DNA of 64,000 nt from Candidatus Bathyarchaeota archaeon (GTDB lineage: Archaea > Thermoproteota > Bathyarchaeia > Bathyarchaeales > Bathyarchaeaceae). A program made the translations under genes and the position numbers. The notes below the pieces were generated by a model. It was not told where the DNA came from and searched no databases. It worked only from the letters and a program-made list of their open reading frames with translations. The stretch spans positions 11,141 through 75,140 of the forward strand of contig CAWDYQ010000002.1 in NCBI GenBank assembly GCA_963806645.1. The letters are read 5' to 3'. Shown here piece by piece: positions 39,490-48,610 of the stretch (the first letter of the stretch is position 1; each line of letters begins with the position of its first letter).

Positions 39490-40149
39490 TTATAAATCTG
39501 CATCGTTAGGATAACCTCTGCTTTCCCAGAATCCTTTGTAGTCAGGGTTGTCTGACAGTTCGATTGCAGTTATCCATTTTATCCATTTATATCCCCACTT
39601 ACTTTCAGCCACAAGCTGGAAGGGGTAACCTCTTTCCGTGGGGAGGGTAACATTATTCATTTTATAAGCCATCAGTATATTGTTGTCTAGTATATAGTCT
39701 AGGGGTAGAGACGTTGAGTAGCCATCATAGGCACGTAATATCACGGTGTTTGCTGCTGACGAAACTTCTGCGTCTGCCAGCATGTCCTTGAGCTTGATGC
39801 CTTCCCAAAGTATGGTTACTCTCCAACCTTCGACACAATTTAGTGTGACAACTTTCTTGTAAATCTGATAACTGTTTATAACATCTTGGTATGTGAATTG
39901 TAATTCGTTGTTTACTAGACCGGTAATGGTTAGTCTGTATGTTTCGTTGTCGATTTGTTGGGGACCCTTAATCGAGTTTTCTCTGAAATTATTGATTGAT
40001 GAGAGGTCTTTTCCTTCGTATTCCCTAATTTCTGAGTATCCGAGGTCAATGGGTTCACGTGTAGTCCACCAAATCATAATGGCAACAGAAGATGTGAGTA
40101 ATAATACGATGAATATTGAGGCGATAGCAAGTAGTTTTTTGTTGAGCAC
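39490..40149 (-). CDS. molybdopterin-dependent oxidoreductase domain protein (sulfite oxidase/YedY-like), N-terminal TM anchor
   Basis: Motifs TLNCVEGWRVTILWEGIKLKDML and ERGYPFQLVAESKWGYKWIKWITAIEL. Confidence 0.75.
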   Translation of the reverse strand: MLNKKLLAIASIFIVLLLTSSVAIMIWWTTREPIDLGYSEIREYEGKDLSSINNFRENSIKGPQQIDNETYRLTITGLVNNELQFTYQDVINSYQIYKKVVTLNCVEGWRVTILWEGIKLKDMLADAEVSSAANTVILRAYDGYSTSLPLDYILDNNILMAYKMNNVTLPTERGYPFQLVAESKWGYKWIKWITAIELSDNPDYKGFWESRGYPNDADL

Positions 40150-40309
40150 GTTTACCCCACATAAAATATGACGTATGTCATGCTTATATAGGTTTCAGAT
40201 GCCTCACTAACACAGTGTTAACTCAAAACATAAACAGGGAAAGAGCCAAAAACAGGAATAACTAAAATATCCGCCTTATGAATGATACAGAGAAGAAGAG
40301 GTCAATGTC

Positions 40310-40483
40310 ATGGACTGGGATAAAGCTCAGGATTTCTTTAAAAAATATTCTCCTATAACGATCTGTTTCATAGGCGCCATGCTTTTGTTGACTATGGGAG
40401 CGAGGGACAGAGCATCTCTTCTTTTGGTTATAGGATTTGTTATGCAGCTTTTCTGGTCATGGCGCATGCACCGTAGAGGATAG
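40310..40483 (+). CDS. 57-aa two-helix membrane peptide
   Basis: ATG at 40310 is preceded by GAGGT 8 nt upstream. Translation is MDWDKAQDFFKKYSPITICFIGAMLLLTMGARDRASLLLVIGFVMQLFWSWRMHRRG. It is more plausible than the overlapping minus ORF 40327..40530. Confidence 0.4.
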   Translation: MDWDKAQDFFKKYSPITICFIGAMLLLTMGARDRASLLLVIGFVMQLFWSWRMHRRG

Positions 40484-40552
40484 ATACAATCCCGCAGAGA
40501 TCCATAAATAGTCAATATCTTCAAACCCAATAGCCAATTTTTATGAAATAAG

Positions 40553-41104
40553 CTATTTCAGCAATAGTAGTTCAACAAGTGCTTTTTGATCGACTTCTGC
40601 ACGGGTTCTCCAGTCCAAGTAAAGTTGATTGTGCTCGTCCTCACCCAAGTATCCAGTTCTGATGTAACGGCTAATGTTAATTTCGACTCTCCAACCAGGT
40701 AGCTTACTACGAAGCAGGTCTTCTACCTCATCTCGATTCGCCTTACCCTTCTTGGAGATAATATATGAGATGGCTGTAGCTAAACCAGCAAGATCGTCTA
40801 TCCTCCACCCCATCATTTTTGCATCTTTTTCAGGTAAACCTCCCCTAACCGTAACATAGAATCGAGCCTTATTCAAATCTTCTAAAGTTGGTTGTCCAGA
40901 TGGATTTTCGACTTCAAAAACTGTTTTAATCTGCAAATCCAGCTTTTCCAGATGACTTTCCAAAACCTTCAGAATTTTAGGGTAATCAGACCCCAACGCG
41001 TTTTTCAGTTCCCAACCCTTAACGCCAGGCTTCATGTGACGTTTATAGAATAGCAATCGAGTTGCCCTTTTGATTTTGCGGTCATAATAAGCTTTTTTTG
41101 TCAT
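40553..41104 (-). CDS. tandem winged-helix 'kite'-type subunit, MAGE/Nse3-homology-like (tentative)
   Basis: 183 aa, overlapping the upstream kleisin gene by 23 nt. LLFYKRHMKPGVKGWELKNALGSDYPKILKVLESHLEKLDLQIKTV and LYLDWRTRAEVDQKALVELL resemble the recalled MAGE homology domain consensus. Confidence 0.5.
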   Translation of the reverse strand: MTKKAYYDRKIKRATRLLFYKRHMKPGVKGWELKNALGSDYPKILKVLESHLEKLDLQIKTVFEVENPSGQPTLEDLNKARFYVTVRGGLPEKDAKMMGWRIDDLAGLATAISYIISKKGKANRDEVEDLLRSKLPGWRVEINISRYIRTGYLGEDEHNQLYLDWRTRAEVDQKALVELLLLK

Positions 41105-41909
41105 TTAATTTTCCTTCTTTCCATCTAATCCATTCATCAAAACTTATAGAGATTGGAACAGAAACCAAATGTCTATCAGAAATCTCTAACCGCGGTTCTG
41201 TAAAAGGCATTATGAAAACCTCTTCATCTAGGGGATGCAGCTCTAATGTCGCATAACCGTATGTCACCAAGAAACTGGCCATGTAGGCTCTGTCCAATGT
41301 TTCATTGTAAGTGTCACAGCCAATAAAATCCCAATATAATATCTTCCTGTTTTCACCAACCTTCTGCTTCAGTTGATCCCATGATGCAACAAGTTCTTCC
41401 ATGAAAGTTTTCTCGACTAAAATTTTCTGTCTCACAAGCTCCTCTCGCGTTATGGCCCCAATCTGTGTTTCCACGGGTCCATCATTTTGCCATCGCTCAT
41501 CTATTGGAACCAAAGAGTCCCAGTATTTCATTGCTTCAGTTAAATATGGAATAGAAAGCTGCTCCATTTCGATAACTGGGGTCCAAACTTTTGTAAAAAC
41601 TTCAATAAGGTCTTCTTTTTTGAGTTTATGAATTTTCTCTTCAAGCAGGAAGGGATCAGTGTATAGTGATGTAGATCTGTATTGCACCCAATTTCCCTGA
41701 TTCTGTATTACAGACGCCAAGCATTGCACCGCTTCTGCATCAAGTGCCATCTCTTCAGGCGATTCCCACTCAGGAAAATATTGTTGAAGTGTAGCTATTA
41801 TGTCGTCGATGTTCAAGGAAAACGGATCTACTCCTCGTTCATCAACGGATTTACAGAGTTCAATGACTCGTTGAATGCGATCGCTACTTAATTTTTCTTT
41901 GTTGGACAA
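41082..41909 (-). CDS. kleisin (ScpA-like) subunit
   Basis: The TTG start directly abuts the SMC-like stop. The N-terminus GVDPFSLNIDDIIATLQQYF...LDAEAVQCLASVIQNQ resembles the ScpA N-domain. The C-terminus LDRAYMASFLVTYGYATLELHPLDEEVFIMPF resembles its winged helix. Confidence 0.55.
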   Translation of the reverse strand: MSNKEKLSSDRIQRVIELCKSVDERGVDPFSLNIDDIIATLQQYFPEWESPEEMALDAEAVQCLASVIQNQGNWVQYRSTSLYTDPFLLEEKIHKLKKEDLIEVFTKVWTPVIEMEQLSIPYLTEAMKYWDSLVPIDERWQNDGPVETQIGAITREELVRQKILVEKTFMEELVASWDQLKQKVGENRKILYWDFIGCDTYNETLDRAYMASFLVTYGYATLELHPLDEEVFIMPFTEPRLEISDRHLVSVPISISFDEWIRWKEGKLNDKKSLL

Positions 41910-43955
41910 TTAGGTTACCTCTTTTATTAGCGATGCTCCTTCAACGTTCTGAACAGTTATTAGGTGAATATTTTTTCCGTTAAATGTAAGTTGACTGGGT
42001 GTGATAGCCAAGTATTGGGAGTCTAACCCTGTTACTGAGGAAACGAGAAGATTGGCAATAATTTCCCTGTTCTTTGGATCCATGTGAACGTCATATTCGT
42101 CAACAGCTCTGAATGGAGAATGAACATACTGTTGTAAGGCTAGAAGAAAAGTCACTGTGGCGGCGCTCCTTTCTCCTCCACTCTGAGTGAAAGCGTTCAG
42201 AGGAACAGGATTTCCTCCCTTGAAACCCACAAAGATTTCGAGCCCTGCATCTTCAGTATCCTGCTCATTTATCAACTTAACTTCCCCTACTGCCTGTGCT
42301 TCGGAAAGAATCTTTCTGTATTTGATATTAACTTGATCAAGGAGTTTGTGAATAACACTTCTCCAAGCATCCATCCTTGATTTTACTTCCTCCAACGCCT
42401 TTTCACGGTTTTCTGAAACCAAACGAGCCTTTTCTTTAAGTTCTAAATATAACTTTGAATAGGATTCATACATGTGCTCTATGTTCTCAGACACATCTGC
42501 TAACGCAGTTAGGTGCCCGTCAGTTAAACGAAGCTCCTCTAGAATATCCATTGTACTTTGAAGAGGTACAAGTCTTTGTCCCACCTTCTCCGCTCTATTT
42601 ATATATCCTGTAAGATCAACCAGAGAATGCTGAAGCTCCTTGTCTAAGTGCTTCATGGTTTTATTGAACTGGCCCTTTTGAAAAATCAGCAGAGCTAGGT
42701 TGATCTTATTGTCAACCAGATCATCGGTGATTCTTTTAATTTCATGATCAAGAGAATCTACCTTGCTTTTAATATCCGAAATTTTGTCACGCAGTATTTT
42801 GAGTTGTTCATTGGAGCTTGCTACAGACTTGTTCAAGATTGCGCCTCTCATATTGAACCGTTGGGTCCAAACATCTTCCAAGGCATCGTAGCTTGCTTTT
42901 ATTTCACTAATTTGTGGTCTGAGGTCTACGGGATTTGTTTTTTCGTGGACGACTTTTTCAAGAGTTCTAATGTTGTCTAAGACTTTTTCCATACCTTTCT
43001 GGTGATTTTCTGTGAAAGTTTCCGTGTCCTTCAGGGTTTGATTTGCGGTTGAGGCTACTAAATCCAGTTTTGCCTGTTCACGTTCAAATATGATCCTGTT
43101 TTCGAAAAGGTTTCTCCATAATGTCCTAGATTCTTCAAGTTTGCTATCTAACTCAGTTATGTCTAGAGTAATGGTTTGGATCTTATCTTCAATTTTTTTA
43201 ATTTTTCTCTGTAGCTCGTGCTTCTGTTCTTCCAGTTTGGTAACGATTCTTTCCCTTTTTAACACTTCAGCCCACGATAGTTCACGTTCAAGAAATCGTC
43301 GTTTTATTATAAGCTGTTTTTTTTGTTGATAACGATCATACTGTTCTCGCCAATAGTTAAGGGTCTGTTGGGCTGATTCAAGAAGCTTCCCAACTGAATC
43401 TCCTTGACTTAAAATGCGGCTCAATTTCTTTTGAGCAGTAGTAACATTTTTTCGGTAAGATTCAAATCCTACTGCGGCCTCGACCATCCTCAACTTATCT
43501 TGAGAGGAAAGTACACTGAATTGGTTAACCATGTTTTGATGCATGATTATGAGCATGTTTTCTGGATCAACTTCAAACTTGGAAAGAAGACGATTAACCT
43601 CTATCTTATTTGCGGCGGTGTTTTCCAGTTCGAACCAGTATTTTCCATCCCGCCTCAAATTTCTTGTTAAAAAGATTTGATCCTTTTTTAGTTTGTTCAC
43701 TGGTCTTCGCCCATCTCGTGACGAATTATCCAAAACCAAGGTGACTCTGGCTTCATCTTTTCCATATCGAATTAGATCACTTAGTCTTTTAGATCGTTCA
43801 GTTGACGATTGACCTAGTGCTACTGAGATACCTAGGAGAATAGAGGATTTACCTGAGCCGTTTGGACCGCAGACTACATTGACGCCCTCTGTGAAGGGAA
43901 TTCGAGCGTATTCATAGGACATGAAATTTTCTAAGATAACCTCTCTAATTAGCAT
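41910..43955 (-). CDS. short hinge-less SMC-family ATPase with Smc5/6-like head motifs
   Basis: Walker A CGPNGSGKSS and a Q-loop region IIMHQNMVNQF. The signature and Walker B region is QSGGERSAATVTFLLALQQYVHSPFRAVDEYDVHMDPKNRE. About 350 residues of heptad-rich sequence lie between the head halves, with a Pro-containing apex (HEKTNPVDLRPQ) and no hinge domain. Confidence 0.8.
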   Translation of the reverse strand: MLIREVILENFMSYEYARIPFTEGVNVVCGPNGSGKSSILLGISVALGQSSTERSKRLSDLIRYGKDEARVTLVLDNSSRDGRRPVNKLKKDQIFLTRNLRRDGKYWFELENTAANKIEVNRLLSKFEVDPENMLIIMHQNMVNQFSVLSSQDKLRMVEAAVGFESYRKNVTTAQKKLSRILSQGDSVGKLLESAQQTLNYWREQYDRYQQKKQLIIKRRFLERELSWAEVLKRERIVTKLEEQKHELQRKIKKIEDKIQTITLDITELDSKLEESRTLWRNLFENRIIFEREQAKLDLVASTANQTLKDTETFTENHQKGMEKVLDNIRTLEKVVHEKTNPVDLRPQISEIKASYDALEDVWTQRFNMRGAILNKSVASSNEQLKILRDKISDIKSKVDSLDHEIKRITDDLVDNKINLALLIFQKGQFNKTMKHLDKELQHSLVDLTGYINRAEKVGQRLVPLQSTMDILEELRLTDGHLTALADVSENIEHMYESYSKLYLELKEKARLVSENREKALEEVKSRMDAWRSVIHKLLDQVNIKYRKILSEAQAVGEVKLINEQDTEDAGLEIFVGFKGGNPVPLNAFTQSGGERSAATVTFLLALQQYVHSPFRAVDEYDVHMDPKNREIIANLLVSSVTGLDSQYLAITPSQLTFNGKNIHLITVQNVEGASLIKEVT

Positions 43956-43969
43956 CTGCGTTCCAGCAT

Positions 43970-43981
43970 CTTTATTTAAAC
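43970..43981 (-). promoter_or_regulatory. candidate TATA box of the SMC-like operon
   Basis: GTTTAAATAAAG on the minus strand lies about 15-26 nt upstream of the ATG at 43955, which suggests a short or absent leader. Confidence 0.3.
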
Positions 43982-44162
43982 TTAGGAATTAGGAACCAAT
44001 ATTTCCTATACCGAAGAGTATGCGACATAACACAAAAAGAAGAAAATTAACCTTCCGCTTTTAAGGAAACAACAAACAAAACCAGCAATACTCCAAGATA
44101 TTAAGGATATATGATTTAAGAAACCTCAAATCTAAGTTTATGTTGAACTAGAGGTGTTTAAA

Positions 44163-44482
44163 ATGGGTTTACTTTCGTTGGAATTTAAAAAAAGAGTGGC
44201 TGAAATCTACCAGAAAAATATAACAAATTGGAGAAACTGGATCCCACTACAATGAAGACTTTTGCAATAGAAATCATAGAAACCATAGATAATGAAAAAA
44301 AGAAGCCTGAAGCTATTCATGACTTGGAAATTCTTGAATATAACATGAAACTGCTTAAAAAATACTCAGCTGCCCTCAAACAATACACACAAGATACAGA
44401 CGAATACGACTTCACCCAAAACGATTGTAAAAATTTGGTTGATTCTACAAAAAGATGGCTAAAACTAAAAAGACTTTTCTAA
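44163..44482 (+). pseudogene. hypothetical small protein with apparent -1 frameshift between 44200 and 44227
   Basis: ATG at 44163 is preceded by GAGGTG and gives MGLLSLEFKKRVAE.... The listed ORF 44228..44482 is in the -1 frame. Both frames are open across the junction. Confidence 0.35.
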
Positions 44483-44542
44483 ACTCATTAAATCTAAGGA
44501 GCAGGTTAGTCTTTTAATAATAATTAATGGATAATAGAGTTT

Positions 44543-44716
44543 TTAGGAAGTCAAAGATTTTTTTACCTGAAGATAAAGGAAAATGTCATCAAACAAACCT
44601 TTGTCTGTCATTATTGTTTTAAGGAGTTTATCGAGAGCAGCTTTGTCAACTTTAGCATTAATTAGGTTAGACTCCAAGATTTGGCGCTCATCATCAGTAA
44701 AAATTCTATTTTTCAT
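44543..44716 (-). CDS. 57-aa hypothetical ORF
   Basis: ATG at 44716, translating MKNRIFTDDERQILESNLINAKVDKAALDKLLKTIMTDKGLFDDIFLYLQVKKSLTS. It has no clear RBS and no homology signal. Confidence 0.25.
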   Translation of the reverse strand: MKNRIFTDDERQILESNLINAKVDKAALDKLLKTIMTDKGLFDDIFLYLQVKKSLTS

Positions 44717-44780
44717 AGATCCAATTTCTCGAAAGAGTAACTAAAACTTTTCTTATAAAAGAAGTATATGATTGTTGTTA

Positions 44781-45017
44781 TCAACAGGTTGTGTTAAGCA
44801 GTAACTCTATTTTTTGATAATTGCGAAGAAATCCAAGACCTTTATCGGTTGTATGGTATGAAGTACCTATTTCGAGAAGTCCAGTTTCAAGCAATAGTTC
44901 TAAATATTTTTGAACAAAATTGTAGCTGAGCCCACAAGCATACATAATACGTGTCTTTTTCGCACCATTCTTGGATATTTTCAGAATTTCGGCGATTATA
45001 TCAAAGGAACTTCTCAT
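44781..45017 (-). CDS. small winged helix-turn-helix DNA-binding protein
   Basis: 78 aa. FDIIAEILKISKNGAKKTRIMYACGLSYNFVQKYLELLLETGLLE matches the archaeal wHTH (HTH_45-like) pattern. Confidence 0.65.
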   Translation of the reverse strand: MRSSFDIIAEILKISKNGAKKTRIMYACGLSYNFVQKYLELLLETGLLEIGTSYHTTDKGLGFLRNYQKIELLLNTTC

Positions 45018-45235
45018 TTAATCACAGTCCATTAGAATGAATGAGTAATTTTTCTATAAATAGAATCCTCTACAGATTACCATATTACGGTTATCAGAAT
45101 ATTACCACACAAATCAGGCCAAAAATACATGAGACAAATTAAAAAAAATAGAAAAAATGGGATTGTTTTTTGATATTTCAGCAGTTTGATTAACAAACTA
45201 GCCTTCTTTAAATCGTCTTAACAATTTTAGTTTTC

Positions 45236-46288
45236 TTAAGATTGTTCTTTAGGTCTTAAAGATCGTACTGTTTTGCCAGCTCTCCACATCTCAGAATTTC
45301 CCATGGTTTCTAATTCTTTGGCTAATTTATTAGCATAATCGGATTCTGCACTTTTTTCAAGAACAATCTTCACTTCTTCACCTGAAGCCACCAGCTCATA
45401 AAGAGAATCAAATAGAGGTTTTGCAGCATCTCTGAATCTTTCTTTCCATCTAAGAGCTCCTATTCTTGCAGTCTCACTGCAGTTATTGTACATCCAATCC
45501 ATACCATTCTGATCAACTAATCTGATTAAACTTTGAGTTAATTCTTCTACAGTTTCATTGAAGGCTTCACTTGGACTGTGACCGTTTTCTCTTAGACAAT
45601 TGTATTGTGCTTCCATTATTCCTGCAAGTGCACCCATCAGAACCCCTCGTTCGCCAGTTAGGTCACTGTATACTTCCTTTTCAAATGTGGTTGGAAATAG
45701 GTAACCTGAACCAATAGCGATTCCGATCGCTTTGACTCTGTTTTCGGCGTTACCTGTGAAATTTTGGTGAACTGCAAAACTGCTATTTATTCCGCTACCT
45801 GCAAGAAAATTACGTCTAACCGAAGTCCCTGATCCTTTGGGCGCAACTAAAATAACATCAATATTTTGTGGGGGAACAACTCCGGTGAGGCTTCTATAAA
45901 CTATCGAGAATCCATGCGAAAAATACAGTGCATCACCCTCTTTAAAAGTGGTTTTTATTATCGGCCACAATGCTTTTTGTGCAGCATCAGTTAGCAGATA
46001 TAGTTTGATTGTTCCTTTTTCTGCAGCTTCTTTAAGGGGGAAAAGGGTCTTGCCAGGAATCCATCCATCTGCTATCGCTTGTTCCCAGTTCTTTGTGAAT
46101 TTTTTATCTTGTCCAATGATAACGCTAAGACCATTATCTCTCATGTTTAAGGATTGAGCCCGCCCTTGAATACCATATCCGAGGGTAGCAATTGTTTCCT
46201 TCTTTAGAATATTTCTCGCTTTATCTACTGGAAATTCATCTCTTGTTATTACGCTCTCTGTTATTCCGCCAAAATTTAAGTCAACCAT
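45236..46288 (-). CDS. ilvC: ketol-acid reductoisomerase
   Basis: Motif IATLGYGIQGRAQSLNMRDNG plus a class I KARI C-domain. Confidence 0.9.
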   Translation of the reverse strand: MVDLNFGGITESVITRDEFPVDKARNILKKETIATLGYGIQGRAQSLNMRDNGLSVIIGQDKKFTKNWEQAIADGWIPGKTLFPLKEAAEKGTIKLYLLTDAAQKALWPIIKTTFKEGDALYFSHGFSIVYRSLTGVVPPQNIDVILVAPKGSGTSVRRNFLAGSGINSSFAVHQNFTGNAENRVKAIGIAIGSGYLFPTTFEKEVYSDLTGERGVLMGALAGIMEAQYNCLRENGHSPSEAFNETVEELTQSLIRLVDQNGMDWMYNNCSETARIGALRWKERFRDAAKPLFDSLYELVASGEEVKIVLEKSAESDYANKLAKELETMGNSEMWRAGKTVRSLRPKEQS

Positions 46289-46381
46289 AAAGATTCCTCT
46301 ATCAGTTCTAGTATTTACATTGGAGTTAATAATAAATCCTATTAATTTGAGAATCGGAGTTGTTAAATTAGTTAAACTAAA

Positions 46382-46894
46382 TTAGTCATCGATTATAACT
46401 GATTTGGTGCCTCTCGAGAGGGCAGTTTTTCCAGTTCTAGCCACCTCTTTTACCCCAAAGGGCTTCATTAAATTGATAAAGGCATCAATCTTATCAGACG
46501 TTCCTGTTAATTCCATCATCAACGAATCAGGAGAAACGTCGACTACCCGAGCCCTGAAAATATCAGCGTAATTGATAATATCAGATCTGGCTTTAGTATT
46601 AATGGCATTCACTTTGATTAAGGCCAATTCTCTTGTTACACTATGTTCTGGATGTAAACGCGTTACTTTGATGACGTCAATCAACTTGTTCAGTTGCTTA
46701 ATCACCTGCTCAATGGTTCTGTCATCTCCCCTGACCATTATAGTCATCCTAGCTAACCCCACTTCCTCTGCAGGTCCAACTGAGATGTTGTCTATGTTAA
46801 AACCTCTGCGTCTAAAAAGATTCGAAACAGTGTAAAGAACTCCTGGCTTGTGTTCAACTATTGTAGAAATTATGTGACTGTGTTCTTTTGACAT
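46382..46894 (-). CDS. ilvN: acetolactate synthase small (regulatory) subunit
   Basis: ACT-domain pattern HIISTIVEHKPGVLYTVSNLFRRRGFNIDNISVG. Confidence 0.9.
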   Translation of the reverse strand: MSKEHSHIISTIVEHKPGVLYTVSNLFRRRGFNIDNISVGPAEEVGLARMTIMVRGDDRTIEQVIKQLNKLIDVIKVTRLHPEHSVTRELALIKVNAINTKARSDIINYADIFRARVVDVSPDSLMMELTGTSDKIDAFINLMKPFGVKEVARTGKTALSRGTKSVIIDD

Positions 46895-46897
46895 GAC

Positions 46898-48610
46898 TTA
46901 TGCCCCCGTAATTGTATCTTTTAGACCCTTACTTGGCGGAACCATAGGCCACACATCATCCTCAGGACAAATAGGAACATCAATGACCGTGGTAACTTCT
47001 GTATTTAATGCTTTTTTTATTGCCTCAGAGAACTCTTTCATTGATCCGATTCGAACACCCTCAGCACCATAAGCTTGAGCTAGTTTGGCAAAATCGGGAA
47101 CATTTCCAAGCTTCACCCCAGCATATCTTCCACCGTAGAAAAGCCGCTGCCACTGAGCCACCATTCCCAACATAGAATTGTTTAATATAACCACAATCAC
47201 AGGGATATCTTCAGTAACTGAAGTCCCAAGTTCCTGCTCAGTCATTCTGAAACTTCCATCACCAGCTATATCAACAACTGGACAGGTTGGGCATGCCACT
47301 TTGGCTCCAATGGCCGCAGGGAATCCGAAACCCATAGTTCCTAGTCCTCCAGAACTGATGAACGTTCTAGGTTTAATTGCCTGAAAATGAAGAGCAGCCC
47401 ACATTTGATTTTGACCAACCTCTGTTGTGACGATAGCATTCTCTGGAAGTAGTCTTCGAAGCTCCCTAAGCAATTTGGGAGAAGATAATTCGCATTTTCC
47501 AAGATCCATCTCACTTAGAAACTTTTCCTTGGCTTCTTTTACTTTCTTTATCCACGGAGTGTCATCTAGCTTCTTAATTTTGTGAACTAGCTGCTGTCGA
47601 ATCAAACTTAAGGTTGGTTTTGCATCAGCAACAATCGGCACATCAACTTCAACATTCTTTCCTATCTCCGCAGCATCTATATCTATGTGAATTATTTTCG
47701 CATCTGGACAGAAACTGTCCAAATTTCCTGTGCTTCTGTCCTGGAATCTTGTTCCAACCGCCAACAAAACATCAGCCTCTAAAATCATGATGTTTGCCAA
47801 CATGGTTCCGTGCATGCCAATGTTTCCCATAGAAAGAGGATGGTTTTCAGGAAAACAGCTTTTTCCCATAAAAGTTGTGGCAACAGGCATCATTAAAAGT
47901 TCTGCGAGCTGCAATAGTTCAGGTGAAGCATTCGAGATTATTACTCCCCCTCCCGCTAGAATCATTGGACGCTCTGCTCCGAGGAGTAGTTTAACAGCTT
48001 TTTTTACTTGAACTGGATGTGGCTCAGTGTTGGGTTTGTAGCCACGAATCTGCAAATTGTCTGAAAAGTCCATTTCTGCTTTTTCGGTCTGAGTGTCCTT
48101 TGGAAAGTCAATCAAGGCTGGTCCGGGCCTGCCTGTTGTGGCAATATGGAAGGTAGTTTTGACTGCCTTTGGAATCTCTGCGGCACTCTTCACTTGACAA
48201 TTGTATTTCGTAATAGGTGTGGTTATTCCAATTATGTCAGCTTCCTGAAAAGCATCCCTACCAATCATATAAGAGGTATTAGCAGACTTTGTATTAACTT
48301 GACCAGTGAGAGCTATTAATGGTGAAGAATCCAAGTACGCGTTTGCTAATCCCGTGACAATGTTTGTGGCTCCGGGACCTGAAGTTGCCATACAAACTCC
48401 CGCCCTCCCGCTTGCTCTGGCATAACCTTCTGCTGCATGGGCTGCACCTTGTTCGTGACGAGCAAGGATGTGTCGAATATTGGAGTCACATAATACCCCG
48501 TGGATTGGAAGAAGGGCTCCTCCTGATATTCCAAAAATCACCTCTACTTTTTCTTGTTCCAAAGATTCTATCAGAGCTTGTGCTCCAGTCATTATTTTTT
48601 TCATTATCAA
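46898..48610 (-). CDS. ilvB: acetolactate synthase large subunit
   Basis: ThDP enzyme motifs GISGGALLPI, ATSGPGATN and GDGSFRMTEQELGT. Confidence 0.9.
   Translation of the reverse strand: MIMKKIMTGAQALIESLEQEKVEVIFGISGGALLPIHGVLCDSNIRHILARHEQGAAHAAEGYARASGRAGVCMATSGPGATNIVTGLANAYLDSSPLIALTGQVNTKSANTSYMIGRDAFQEADIIGITTPITKYNCQVKSAAEIPKAVKTTFHIATTGRPGPALIDFPKDTQTEKAEMDFSDNLQIRGYKPNTEPHPVQVKKAVKLLLGAERPMILAGGGVIISNASPELLQLAELLMMPVATTFMGKSCFPENHPLSMGNIGMHGTMLANIMILEADVLLAVGTRFQDRSTGNLDSFCPDAKIIHIDIDAAEIGKNVEVDVPIVADAKPTLSLIRQQLVHKIKKLDDTPWIKKVKEAKEKFLSEMDLGKCELSSPKLLRELRRLLPENAIVTTEVGQNQMWAALHFQAIKPRTFISSGGLGTMGFGFPAAIGAKVACPTCPVVDIAGDGSFRMTEQELGTSVTEDIPVIVVILNNSMLGMVAQWQRLFYGGRYAGVKLGNVPDFAKLAQAYGAEGVRIGSMKEFSEAIKKALNTEVTTVIDVPICPEDDVWPMVPPSKGLKDTITGA

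Noticed and set aside
40327-40530. A 67-aa minus-strand ORF from the track.
   Set aside because: It has no RBS and odd composition. The overlapping plus-strand 57-aa ORF (40310..40483) has a GAGGT RBS and two clean TM helices.
40553-43955. The SMC-like operon as a Wadjet/JetABCD- or Lamassu-type anti-plasmid defence system.
   Set aside because: No JetD/Toprim nuclease or other effector gene is adjacent. The kleisin looks ScpA-like rather than MukF-like. The flanks are ordinary chromosomal genes with no mobile-element signatures.
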